From contig JBHGNT010000009.1 of assembly GCA_043228905.1 (NCBI GenBank), positions 16,492,001-16,556,000 of the forward strand: a DNA stretch of 64,000 bases, in the 5' to 3' direction. Positions 38,101-49,955 of the stretch are shown here, piece after piece. The position numbers and the translations under genes were made by a program. The first letter of the stretch is position 1. Each line of letters starts with the position of its first letter. The DNA comes from Azolla caroliniana. Lineage: Eukaryota; Plantae; Polypodiophyta. A model generated the notes under the pieces. The model saw only the letters and a list, made by a program, of their open reading frames with translations, had not been told where the DNA came from and did no database searches.

Positions 38101-41100
38101 TCTGACGCTGACTAGACATTGACGGCCAGAAAAACAGACAACGCTGGAAAGACACGGCCAGATGCACCAGACATGGTCAACCGGATAGACACTATCGAAA
38201 CGGAACGAGGCAACCAAACAAGTTGGATTTCACAAGCACAGAGAAAGACGAATGGACGGGCCAACAGGACGCATACCGACTCAAGTGACACGACTGAAAA
38301 GCAACCGGAACGACGGCCAGACAGTGGCCGGAAGCTGGCCGGAATAGTCAAACAGTGGCTGGAGCAGCCGAAGCGGCCGGAGAAACGGACTGATGACCGG
38401 GAAGACGAAACGGATGCACGGCTGGAAGACAACGGACAGACATCCAGAGAGTGGCCGAAATGCATAGAAGCAGCCAAAGTGGTTGGACAACGGCGGAAGC
38501 ATAACTAGTGCAGCGCCTAGATAGGCAACCGAACAAGGACGGCTGGAGATGGAGCCAAAGACAAAGATAGAGATGCAGACACGGACGCAGACAGCCAACA
38601 TAGGCAATGGACATCGATGGCGATGGCGATGGCCAAATGGGCCAATAGAGACAACGACAACAACGGAGATATCCGGACAGTAGCCAAAGAATGGGGGAAG
38701 AGCAACTGGACAGGCCCGACAGACATAGAGACGGGAAATGAAAATGGCTAAACATATGAGCAAATAGCGAATGGCAGGACAAAAACAACAAGATGAATGG
38801 TTGGACCGGCTAGAATGATCGAATAATGGTCGAATAGAGGCGACCGAATGAACGGACGGACACATCCAGATGAACGGACAGACACATCTAGATGGACGGA
38901 GATAACTGGACTGACCGGACAACGAGAGGACAACTAATGGTCGAACGACGACCAAGCGCATAGATAGGGAAACCGGAAATATGTGGCCAAACAAGCATAA
39001 CACCCCGGAACGGAGGCAGCCAGACCAGACTAGATGGGACGGACAAACGAAGGACGTCGGATAATGACGAAAATGGAGACGACCGGATTGACGGCTAAAC
39101 AACAACCGGAATGGCCGACGAATGACAACGAATGCCAGTCGGACGTTGGCAACGGGAACGGACAGATGAAGGGTTGGCGACGATGACAGAAGACAAACAA
39201 TCAGATAGATAACCGACAAAGATTGACTGTGGCCGAATAGACAGCCAATTCAACAGCGGCCAAACCAACAACTGGAAGGCACAGAGACAGTCAGACAAGG
39301 GCGAAACAGTGGGGCGGAAAGCGGCCGAACAACGGAAATACGGCAGCCGGAGTGGCTACCGGATAGCAGAATGACGACAAAGATGGGCGGTGACGGCGAT
39401 GGCAACGACGAACAACAACAGTGACAAAGACGAACGAAGCAACAGAGATGGACGACAAACAAAATAGAGAAAACAGAAAGAAGAAAGAAGAAGAGAGAAG
39501 AGCAATGCAGAGAAGAAGAAGAATAAGAGTGTTAGGGTACAAGATGTATGAAGAGCAATGCGGTCGCCGGAGTGGCGACCGGATAACAGAATGATGACAA
39601 AGATGGACGGCGACGGCGATGGCAACGATGAACAACAACAGTGACAAAGACGGATGAAGCAACAGAGATGGACAACAAACAAAACAGAGAAAACAGAAAG
39701 AAGAAAGAAGAAGAGAGAAGAGCAATGCAGAGAAGAAGAAGAATAAGAGTGTTAGGGTATGAGATGTACGAAGAGCGAGGGTGGAATGTTATAATGTTGT
39801 TTATGTGTATGTGTAAATGTGTAAGTGTAATTGTGAGTGTGAGTAATTACGTATGTGTACACATGCACACATGTGTGTATGTGGACGGATACGAGGAGGT
39901 GTGAGTGAGCGATTGGTGTGAATGTCCGAGTATCCAACTAGACTTTCTGTCCATTTGTGAACAAGGTGGTGCCTACGTTGTTGGTGTCGAGGATGAACAT
40001 CCTCATGTTCCGGCGCCCTTGCGCGATGATCCGGCTCTCTTCCTCAATGAAGCACCCGAGATGCGTAAATCGCACCTACATTCCCTGGTCGATGATCTAC
40101 CCAACCAACAGCAGGTTCTTTGTGATTGTCGGCACGTGAAGCACATTGATTAGCTTCCCTTGTCCGACATGACTTAACAGAACTTCACCGACATGCACTA
40201 TCGGGTGAGGAGTGTCGTCTCTGGTTTCGACAACTACCGGTTGCTCCGGCGTTTCCAAAAACGTGAACCACTCTTCGTGGCTTGTCATGTGGTTAGATGC
40301 TCCGGAGTCAACGTACCATACTTCCTTTGATCCGATAGGGGTCTTCTTCATTATGTTCGCCTTTTGTTCATCACAAAGTTTGGCCCTTTTCTGGTCTTCC
40401 AGTTTCAGATACTTCTGATCCTTCGGCGTAGTGTGAACTTTGCCGGTTCCCTTGTCCAGCCTTATCGGATCTAGATTTATCCGAATCGGCGTGCTTCTTC
40501 TAGCACTCGCTCTCTCGGTGGCCCTTCTTGCAACAATACCAGAATTCCATTTCGTTCTTTCATTGCCGGTTTTCGGCGCCACTTTGACCCCCTTGCTTGT
40601 GGAGGGTTCAAAACTGTTGTCGGCACTATCTTTGTGCCTCTGGTTCTGCTCTTGCCGACCGCCTATATTGCGTGCCGACCCACCTCGTCCTCCACACCCA
40701 TGGGGCCGATCCGCCTCTATGTACAACATCTGGTTGTCTGATTAAGTGGCCCTTAACCCACTCACATGGTTTTCTTCTAACATGAGCATCGATTGCAGGT
40801 CGAAGAAGGACGATGGATTCTCCCAGGTGCAAATTGTCATCGGGATTGGCCCATACCGGTGTGCTAGACCATCGAGGCAGATCTGGACCATCTCGTCTTC
40901 ATCCACCATCACATTGATGGACCCGAGTGTGTCCTAGATCTCCTTGATCTTGGTGGTGTGGTTAGTGACCGACATGTCTTGTTGTTGAATATTGTTGAGC
41001 TCTCGCCGGAGCTACAACTTTCGAGCCGTGGTACTTGCTGAGAAAATCTTCCAGAGATTTTACCAAGCCTCCTTCGGTGACATTGCATCTCTGATGTAGC

Positions 41101-41380
41101 CAAGCAGGGACATAGGATGCGAGGCAGTACAACACCCTGCTTACTCCTTGCTCCCATACCGGGAAGTCCTTGTGTGCCGAATCCGGCACTGCTTCATTTG
41201 CTCCTTCCACATAGCTCTAGTATCCATGCCCCAACAGGTGCTGGTGCATTTTATATGACCAGGACGCATAGTTGCTCCGATCAAGCTTTTATGTTGGAAG
41301 CGATCTCGCCATGGTTCTGTCCATATCTTCCTTCCTGTTTTTCATCGGGTGTTAGGGTTTGTCTAAGAGTGTCACTTATC
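35148..41380 (-). mobile_element. Element I: degenerate copia (J family); 3' LTR ~35148-35590, RT/RH 36000-37240, gag-PR 39940-41310; integrase missing
   Basis: PPT at 35591-35600; MKDLGDLHYF; WYVDSGASNHMT; gag homologous to 53554-54600. Confidence 0.87.
37243..39940 (+). mobile_element. LARD-like noncoding fragment of family K (LTR 3' part, PBS, purine-rich internal region, LTR 5' part)
   Basis: 37243-37402 matches the K LTR end; PBS-like TGGCGACCAC at ~37408; LTR start TGTTAGGGTATGAGATGTACG at ~39750; internal tandem duplications. Confidence 0.7.
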
Positions 41381-41597
41381 ACATGGATCCGGAAGGAGTT
41401 CGACCGATTCCGGTATGAACCAGCAAATAGGAACATATTAGTAAATATGTTCAGACATGACCGTTGAGGTCATATTTGTAAATAGCCCCAAAGTTTTATA
41501 AGTATAAATATAACTAGGGCAATATTGTTATGGTAGATCATTATCATAGTAGTTGTTATTATCCTTCTTGTTGTACAAAGAGAGAGAGAGAGAGAGA

Positions 41598-43197
41598 TAG
41601 ATAGATAGATAGATAGATTATATTATCGTCTTCGGAGATCAAATATGACCTATGAGACCAAAAATATTACATTTCACGTGATACGTGTGAAAGTGAGTAG
41701 TGACTCTCGATGTTCAAGAACTTTACCAATGAATGTTGCAATCGAGAGTGCACATTGTGGTTGTGAGAGGAATTCATGCAAAGATTGGGCTCGATCGAAG
41801 AGATGTGGAAAGCATGGTCGAATATGATCAAAGGCAGAGCATTGTATCAAAGTGTGATACTCAGACTCGCGAACTTGTTTAGGGCAAAGTGTGCATAACC
41901 GACCACTCTCATCACTTGTACCCCAACGCCCTGTTTCACATCGCAATGCATGTGAGCTAAGTCGCATGGAAGCAATGGTTCGAATGGCAGATAACGGTAT
42001 GGGCTCTAACATGTATGGATGTGTACGATTTCCCCGTTCCGCAAAGAATATTGTTTTGTAGTTAGGTGCAACATGTGTAGTATAATGTGTGAAGCGTGAG
42101 CCTCCACATTTGTCCCATGTCATGATACATTGGCGTTGCAAAAATGCCTCATTTACAGAGGAATCTAATGATGCATCATGAAGCAAGTGTCTCGCATCCC
42201 ATCTACCAAACCATTTTTCTATATCTTGCATCCAACCGGAACACAAAATTTTGCTTTTATGCGTCTTTTGGATCTTTTTGCTTGCTTCCCACGCAATTCT
42301 AGGAAGTCGATGTGAGGGACTTTTTTGAACCTTAAGCATGTATTCAACAACCCTTTCCATGGCCATGATCTCAATGGGAAGCGATCCCGTCTCAAGGAGG
42401 AGGAGGGTGTAGGGCGTTTGTTTCTTAACTTGTAGAAACTTGGTAAGAAAATGCTTTTGGACATTTTCAAACTCTTTCCACATAGACTTAGGGATGCTAC
42501 CGCCCCATACTTCCACCCCATAGAGAAGAACTGGTGTCACCAAAGTGTCAAAAAGATATTTCTTGAGGACCCAACACTTAATATCTCCAAGATTGCATGT
42601 GTTCTCAAATGCATAGTATGCTCGTTTGCCCGCCTCTAAGCGGCGTGTAGCACATTCATTCCATCTATGATTTGAAGGAACTTCAAGGCCAAGATATTTG
42701 AAGCTTTCCACACATTCAAGTGGCTCATTGTTGTACATAATGCATGGTTTATCTCTTTTTTGGCTCTTCACAAGCATAATCTTTGTTTTAGAGCTATTGA
42801 CACTTAATTTAGTATGCATGCAAAATTTTTCCAATGCCTTCATAAGCTTTTGTGCATCTCCTAAAGTATTTGCAAAAAGCACTACGTCATCTGCATATAG
42901 CAAAAGCATAATCACAACATTCCCAATGGCAACTTCTTCAACACATTCTTCCTTTGCAAACTTGGTAACCATTTCTTCCAATTCATCAATGCATAGACCA
43001 AATAGTGTTGGTGAGAGTGGGCATCCTTGCTTAACACCAATAGTGCTTTTGAAAAAATCTGAAAGTTTATCTTTCATGCGCACACAACATATAACCTTCT
43101 CATAAATTCGGGAAATTGCAAGCATATATTCACTTGGCACCTCAAGTTCTTCCATTCGCCTCCAAAGATGCTCACGAGGTACCATATCAAAAGCTTT

Positions 43198-43200
<3 letters not shown>
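41598..43200 (-). mobile_element. 5'-truncated LINE (RTEX-like) with open RT C-terminal half and C-terminal zinc finger, inserted in (GA)n
   Basis: KAFD..GVKQGCPLSP..YADD..FKYLG; LSSH.L..ETGRW..CTLC..E.EYH...C; (TATC)n tail; the paralogous LTR at 59175-59195 shows the empty (GA)n site. Confidence 0.93.
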
Positions 43201-43232
<32 letters not shown>

Positions 43233-45228
43233 CAGAAAGTTTTTCTGTTGTAACTACCGGTTGGCGAAGATAGAGCTCGAGGTAGTTGCCTCTGAGCCTC
43301 ACATTGTTGTTGTACCTCTCCTCTATAGTGATCCTATTCGGAGTTCCAAGAACTCCTATGGTTTTTCCCGATTAGGGTTTTCCACGATAATATTATGTGT
43401 CGTCTTATTTCTGTTTTCTGTTTCTTCCATTGTGTGATCGGGACTCGATTGTGGCCGAGCACTATTTTTATCAATCTGGTATCAGAGCATGGAAGATCCA
43501 TTCGGCAGCATGTTCAAGCTCATCGGCTCCAACTACCCAGTGTGGAAGTCGAAGATGAGGGACATGTTGGTGGTCAAAGATCTCTGGATCCCGGTACAGT
43601 TTGGAGACAAAAGACCAGACAAGATCGATCCCACGACCTGGGAGGTAATGCACATGAAAACGACGGCATACATTCGATGCTTCATCGACATGAGCCTGTA
43701 CAATAACTTTAATGAAGAGAATAAGGTCAATGAGCTCTAGGAGAATATCAACACGATGTTGGAGAACAAGAATGCCGTAAACCGGGTTTCGATATTCCAA
43801 AAGATAGTGAGGCTCTAGTATCAAGACAACACCAGCATGGTAGAGCATATGAACACCTTCCAGGGGTTGATAAACTAGACTACCTCGCTCGAAGTACCGT
43901 TAGTCGACGATGTACTAGCACTATTATTGCTCGGATCCCTTCCGGATAGTTAGGAGACATTGGTTGTCACTCTAGGCAATGTTGGACCAGAAAGAAAGAA
44001 CTTATCCCTGGCGAGCGTGAAGTCAAGCCTGCTAAACGAAGAAGCTCTCTGGAAGGACTGAACCGATCCGAAGGCCTTGGTTACGGAAGACGACCATAAC
44101 CGGGGAAGGGGCCGGAATCGGAGTCCCTAGAACCGGGACAAATCAGGGACGAGGTTGAAGTCAAGGGGGAGGCCCACTTGCTTTTATTGCGGAAAGCCGG
44201 GGCACTTCCAGAAGAATTGCTGACACTTCCGAAAAGCAAAAGGGGGAACCGACAATCCGGAACCAAAGAAGATTTCAAAGAGAAGAGGAACGACGAAAAT
44301 CACAACAAGTGATGAAGAATTGTTGCTAATCATCGAGGAGAGTGAGCTACATCTTGTTGGCGACGAAACGACATGGGTGGTCGACTCTGGAGCGTCATTC
44401 CACCTGACCCCCGAACGAAAGTGCTTCTCATCCTACAGAGCTAGAGATCACGGTTGTGTCAGAATGGGAAATGAAGGTGCATGCCGAATAGTCGGCATAG
44501 GAGATGTGTGGTTGATGACATCAACCGGGTGCAGACTATTGTTGAAGGATGTCCGACACATTTCGGAGGTTTGGTTGAACTTGATATCATGCGGTTGGCT
44601 AGATGACAAAGGCTACACAGGTAGCATCCGGAACGGAGTAATGAAATTCAGCAAAGGAAGCTTGATCATGGCCCGAGCCCGGAAGATCAACACATTTTTC
44701 CTAATGCACGCCCGGATATGCCGGGAAGATGTCATGAGATGACAAGACTCGAACCCATGACCTTATGGTATATGGGTCGAGCTCTTAACCATCTCACCAT
44801 CTATTGTAATTCATAGAATATTATTTTCATTTATGTTTTATTATAAGAAAGTAATGTATATTCCAGATTTCTCTGGAACATTCTAGAAGCTTCAGGATTA
44901 TTCCTGAGAACACTATAAAAGAAGGCACTAAGCATTATGTTGAACCAAATTGGTTCAACACCAGTCTTAAGCCTCTTAGTCGATTTGTACTTATCTTTCA
45001 TATAATATAAGAGCTGCTGTCATCATCCTATTTTCTCTCTCTCTCTCCTCTTCTCACTTCCTCTCTCTCGGGAATCTTACGCAGTCCCGTCCTCTTAGTA
45101 CTAATAGTACTACTCTTCTTAGTACTAATTCCATCTCTGTTTTAGTACTATTCCTGACAGTTTGAACCAATTTTTTCCTCTAGCCTACTTGTCACTCTCC
45201 CTCATCCTCCTACCCTTTCCCCTATACT

Positions 45229-46386
45229 ATGGCTACTGTTAGCGCCCAAGAATACCAATCCGTTTTCTCCGAGCTACAGTGCCTAAAAGAAAAGTTTGTT
45301 GCCTTGGAACAAGAAAACCAACGGCTGATAGGGGATCTGCAACAAATCGCTCTAGAAAAACAACAAACGCAACAACAACATGGGGAGTTAGCGTTACGGG
45401 TACAACAACTCGAAGCAGCGTTGCAACAACAAGGATCCAGTCCCCAAGGATTTCATAAAGAGCCCAAGATTGGACTTCCTGTGAAATTTGATGGAACGCG
45501 TTCGCAATTTCGGGGTTTCCTTAATCAGGTACGCTTAGTCATCCAGATGCATCCTTCCCGATATCCCACTGATGCATCTCGAGTCGGCCTAATAGGCACG
45601 CTACTTAGCGGCTCAGCCTTGGCATGGTTCGCTCCGCTTCTAGAAAAACAATCGCCCTTGCTTAATAACTTTGAAGATTTTATTGGTGAGTTTAAAGCCT
45701 GCTTTGGAGACACCGACAGCATCAGGACGGCGATCAACAAGATCCGGCGATTGCGTCAAGGCGATCGTCCAGCCTCTGCCTACGCGGCGGATTTCCGCCT
45801 ACTTGCTTCAGATATACCCTGGGATGATCAAGCACTAATGGAGTAGTTTCGCTATGGCTTGCGAAACGATGTCAAAGATCTACTTCTAACTTTCCCCGAA
45901 GAACCAAAGTCTCTTACGGAGGCAATCAGTCGAGCAGTTCGATGTGACAACCGCCTTTTTGAACGGCATTCAGAACGTCAATTACAGATACCACGCTCTA
46001 GGCCAGAGCCCACTTACGCCGCAGTCGCGGCTAAACCGTTTGCACGAGACATACCTCAAGCAAATACTTCGACACCGATGGAGATCGATACCATGCGTCG
46101 ACGCGGCCCGTTATCGGAAGAAGAAAAGCAACGACGACGTGCCAATCGATTATGCCTTTATTGCGGTGGACCAGGACATATCGCCATCAATTGTCCCCAT
46201 AGGCCAAGAAGACAGGTAAATCAAATTGTCGCCTGTACTAAACCTGAGTCAATTCTTCCCTTCGGAGTGTCTGATAGTAGTAATAGTACTAATAGAGTGT
46301 CAGATAGTATTCATAGTACTAATAGCCCAAGTATCTCAAATAAATTTGAAATCCTTAGTCAATTAGATGAAGAGTTAAACGATTGA
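45229..46386 (+). pseudogene. gag: gag of D with a single premature TAG at 45844-45846 (likely CAG>TAG)
   Basis: ORFs 45229-45846 and 45859-46386 are in the same frame; the homologous position in A is CAA; CLYCGGPGHIAINC knuckle. Confidence 0.9.
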
Positions 46387-46454
46387 GTCCAGCCAAAATA
46401 GGAGCCATTTGGTTGGACAGCAGCCCTAGATCTGTACAGCCCATTAGTGGTTCC
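46374..46454 (+). promoter_or_regulatory. Putative -1 ribosomal frameshift signal (G_TTA_AAC, 6-nt spacer, pseudoknot)
   Basis: Conserved in A (4713-4796) and E (minus strand, ~18434-18514); stem GTCCAGCCAAA/TTTGGTTGGAC; loop GGAGCCA can pair with downstream TGGTTCC. Confidence 0.8.
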
Positions 46455-49400
46455 ATTCCTTCCAAGCAAGTTAGCAATGTGTTCCTAGCCCAAGTCATTG
46501 TTAGTACTAAAAGTACTCCCCCAGTACCCGTCCTAGCACTTTTAGATTCCGGAGCTAATTCCTGTTTCATGGATCGAAATTTTGCCCAAGCTTCTCAGAT
46601 ATCCTTAAGAAAACTTCCTTGTCCCGCATCTGTAGTGGTCATTGATGGTCGTCCCATTGCTTCCGGGAATATTGTAGAAGAATCAGAACCCATTCAAGTT
46701 GTCCTAGGTAGTTTTGTGTGTATAATATCATTTAATATAATTAGTAGTCCAGAGCATCCCATTGTCCTAGGATTACCTTGGCTTGAGTTACATAATCCAG
46801 CCATAGATTGGAGAACAAGAGAAGTCCGATATCGACCACCCCAAGAATCAACTCGCCGAGTTTCGACCATTTCACTCCATCAACTACGCGAAGAAGGACC
46901 CAAGGAGGCAATGTTCCTATTTTCCATATCAGTACATCCTTCCAGCACTACTAAGAAGGACTCCTCAGTACAACTTCCGGCAAAATATCATCCTTATGCC
47001 GATGTATTTGACAAGGTAAAAGCCGGTACCCTTCCTCATCACCGTCCCTATGACTGTCCCATCGATTTACAACCAGGAACCGAGCCACCATGGGGACCAA
47101 TTTACAACCTGTCACCCACCGAGTTAGAAGTCCTTCGAGCCTACATAGAGGAGAACTTGGCAAGCGGGTTCATCCGTCATTCGAAATCTCCGGCCGGTGC
47201 ACCCATCTTCTTTGTCAAGAAGAAAGATGGCTCACTTCGTCTTGTCGTTGATTACCGCGGATTAAATAAAGTCACCATCCGGAATAGGTATGCACTTCCT
47301 CTTATATCAAGTCTTTTAGAGCGAGTTAATGGTGCCAAGTTTTTTACTAAAATCGACCTACGCGGAGCGTATAATCTCGTGCGGATCCGACCGGGAGATG
47401 AGTGGAAGACCGCTTTTCGCACGCGGTATGGGCATTTTGAGTATACTGTTATGCCGTTTGGCCTAACCAATGCACCCGCAGTCTTCCAACACATGGCAAA
47501 TGATATATTCAGAGACCTCTTGGATATCTGTTTGATCATTTATCTGGATGATCTGTTGATTTATTCGAAGACCCAGGAAGAGCACGACTCTCATGTACTA
47601 TTAGTACTAAAGCGACTCCGCGAGAATGGTCTTTATGCCAAGCTAGAAAAATGTAGCTTTGACTGCAAGCAAGTGGAATTTCTAGGCTACGTCATCTCCT
47701 CAAAGGGCATCGCCATGGATCCAGCTAAGATCCAAACTGTACTAGAGTGGCAAATTCCACGGTCGGTACGAGATGTACAATGTTTTCTAGGTTTTGCTAA
47801 CTTCTACCGTAAGTTTATACAGGATTACTCGAAGATTATTTTACCTCTCACACAACTTACAAAGAAGGGCCAAGCATTTCTTTGGTCCATTGAAGCAGAT
47901 ATGGCTTTTCGGCATCTTAAGAAAGCCTTTACATCAGCACCGATTCTAGCTCATGTGGATACAAGCAAACCATTCATCATGGAGGCCGACGCATCAGATT
48001 TCGCCCTCGGTAGCATCCTTTCTCAACAAGGTGATAAAGAAGAGTTGCATCCGGTGGCTTTCCATTCGCGCAAATTCGATGTCGCAGAAATCAACTACGA
48101 AATACATGACAAGGAGTTATTAGCCATCGTGGATTCATTTGTACAATGGCGGCATTTCTTAGAGGGCTCTCCACATCAGGTCATTGTCTTCAGCGATCAT
48201 AAAAATCTTGCTTATTTTCAGAACGCTCGTGTACTAAATCGACGGCAAGCTCGGTGGGCGCAATTCCTCACGCGTTTCGACTTCAAAATCACATATCGAC
48301 CGGGGAAGCAACAAGGAAAAGCAGATGCACTATCACGACGTTCATATCTTGCACCTCGTCCTGGTGAAGCAACATTTGATAATCAAAAGCAAGTAATCTT
48401 GGGACCAACACGATTGCACACGACGCGGATTTTTCACACCCCGATGGATTCACGGATTACCGATGACATACGTGCAACCTTGAAGACGGATAGTTTTGCT
48501 CAAGACATCCTGGCGCACATTGATACTTCTCGGGCATCCTGTTCTCAGTCTCAACAACCAGGTATTGACTACCGACAATTCGAATATCATGATGGTTTGT
48601 TATTCTTTAAAAAGCGCGTATATGTCCCCGATTGCTCCTGTCGCCTTCAAATTGTCCAACATTGTCACGACACCCATACGGCGGGACATTTCGGTAGTAC
48701 TAAGACGTTGGAGCTAGTGCAGCGATCTTTTTGGTGGCCCCACATGCGCCGTTTTGTCGACGACTACGTTCAGACCTGTGATGCTTGCTGCCGAGCAAAG
48801 ATGCCACGACACCGTCCATATGGCTTGTTGGAACCTTTACCAATTCCAAGTAAGCCATGGCAGTCTATTTGTCTTGATTTTATCACAGATCTGCCGGTCT
48901 CGAAAGGGTTCGATGCTATCCTAACCGTCGTCGATCGATATACGAAGATGGCACATTTTGTGCCATGTACTAAAGCCATCACTAGCGAGGAAACCACCGC
49001 TCTTGTTATGCGTGAGGTTTTTCGGCATCATGGCCTCCCAGACAGTATTATCAGTGACCGAGGCCCGCAATTTGTCTCCAAATTTTGGCAGCATCTCTTC
49101 AAGATGCTCAAGGTCTCCTGCAACCTCTCCTCCGGCTACCATCCTCAGACCGACGGACAGGCGGAACGAACAAACCAAACGCTGGAGCAATATCTCCGGT
49201 GTTTCCTGAGTTATCAACAGGACGATTGGGCCGAGGTTCTCCACTTTGCGGAGTTTGCGTATAATAATGCTATTCACTCCTCGACTCGGGTCTCCCCATT
49301 TTTCGCTTATACCGGTTTCCATCCTCGCTGGTCGGTGATCGACACTCCGGAGCTACCTACCAACCCTCGTGCCGAGGATCATTTGGAGAGGCTACGCAAG

Positions 49401-49955
49401 ATCCAGATGGATCTCTCTACTCACCTTCGTCATGCTCAACACACACAGAAGACTTATGCGGATCGTCATCGGATTCCCTCCTCTTTTGCCATCGGAGATC
49501 GAGTATGGCTCTTACGTCGTCACATCAAGACTACTCGACCGTGCGACAAGTTGGATTATCGACGACTCGGTCCTTTCCGTATTACGGGGAAGATTAATGA
49601 TGTCACCTTCCGCCTTGATCTCCCTCCGCAGCTTCAGATACATCCGGTTTTCCATTGTTCTCTTCTTGAACCTTATAAAGCAAACACCATTCCCGATCGT
49701 GTGACACCACCGCCGCCCCCACTGGAGTTGGACGCCGGCCCGGAGTATGAAGTTGCTGCCATCCTCGATTCCAAACTTGTTCGCAACAAACTCTATTACT
49801 TGGTCGATTGGCTCGGTTATAGTCCGAGCGAACGTACTTGGGAACCCGTCGAAAATGTTGCCAATGCACAAGATCTTCTTGCTGATTTCCACCGAAAGTA
49901 TCCGGACAAACCCGGTCCGCAAGTAGCGCTGACTCGTTCCACTCGTCGTCTTTAA
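46383..49955 (+). CDS. pol: Pol polyprotein of D (PR-RT-RH-IN-chromodomain), in the -1 frame relative to gag
   Basis: 1190-aa open frame: LLDSGA, YLDD, EADASD, HHCC, SDRGPQF, GPF, YEVAAILDS..YLVDWLGY..TWEP. Confidence 0.96.
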   Translation: MSPAKIGAIWLDSSPRSVQPISGSIPSKQVSNVFLAQVIVSTKSTPPVPVLALLDSGANSCFMDRNFAQASQISLRKLPCPASVVVIDGRPIASGNIVEESEPIQVVLGSFVCIISFNIISSPEHPIVLGLPWLELHNPAIDWRTREVRYRPPQESTRRVSTISLHQLREEGPKEAMFLFSISVHPSSTTKKDSSVQLPAKYHPYADVFDKVKAGTLPHHRPYDCPIDLQPGTEPPWGPIYNLSPTELEVLRAYIEENLASGFIRHSKSPAGAPIFFVKKKDGSLRLVVDYRGLNKVTIRNRYALPLISSLLERVNGAKFFTKIDLRGAYNLVRIRPGDEWKTAFRTRYGHFEYTVMPFGLTNAPAVFQHMANDIFRDLLDICLIIYLDDLLIYSKTQEEHDSHVLLVLKRLRENGLYAKLEKCSFDCKQVEFLGYVISSKGIAMDPAKIQTVLEWQIPRSVRDVQCFLGFANFYRKFIQDYSKIILPLTQLTKKGQAFLWSIEADMAFRHLKKAFTSAPILAHVDTSKPFIMEADASDFALGSILSQQGDKEELHPVAFHSRKFDVAEINYEIHDKELLAIVDSFVQWRHFLEGSPHQVIVFSDHKNLAYFQNARVLNRRQARWAQFLTRFDFKITYRPGKQQGKADALSRRSYLAPRPGEATFDNQKQVILGPTRLHTTRIFHTPMDSRITDDIRATLKTDSFAQDILAHIDTSRASCSQSQQPGIDYRQFEYHDGLLFFKKRVYVPDCSCRLQIVQHCHDTHTAGHFGSTKTLELVQRSFWWPHMRRFVDDYVQTCDACCRAKMPRHRPYGLLEPLPIPSKPWQSICLDFITDLPVSKGFDAILTVVDRYTKMAHFVPCTKAITSEETTALVMREVFRHHGLPDSIISDRGPQFVSKFWQHLFKMLKVSCNLSSGYHPQTDGQAERTNQTLEQYLRCFLSYQQDDWAEVLHFAEFAYNNAIHSSTRVSPFFAYTGFHPRWSVIDTPELPTNPRAEDHLERLRKIQMDLSTHLRHAQHTQKTYADRHRIPSSFAIGDRVWLLRRHIKTTRPCDKLDYRRLGPFRITGKINDVTFRLDLPPQLQIHPVFHCSLLEPYKANTIPDRVTPPPPPLELDAGPEYEVAAILDSKLVRNKLYYLVDWLGYSPSERTWEPVENVANAQDLLADFHRKYPDKPGPQVALTRSTRRL

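Noticed and set aside
37501-39725. Many long overlapping ORFs
   Set aside because: Arise from extreme compositional bias and duplications; no recognisable domains
43201-43302. N-terminus of the 542-aa ORF as a real LINE start
   Set aside because: It is read-through from the antisense copia LTR and (CT)n (SLSLSL); the LINE is 5'-truncated at ~43200
45844-45846. Programmed stop-codon readthrough in the D gag
   Set aside because: Mid-capsid position and a Gln codon in paralog A indicate a simple C>T nonsense mutation
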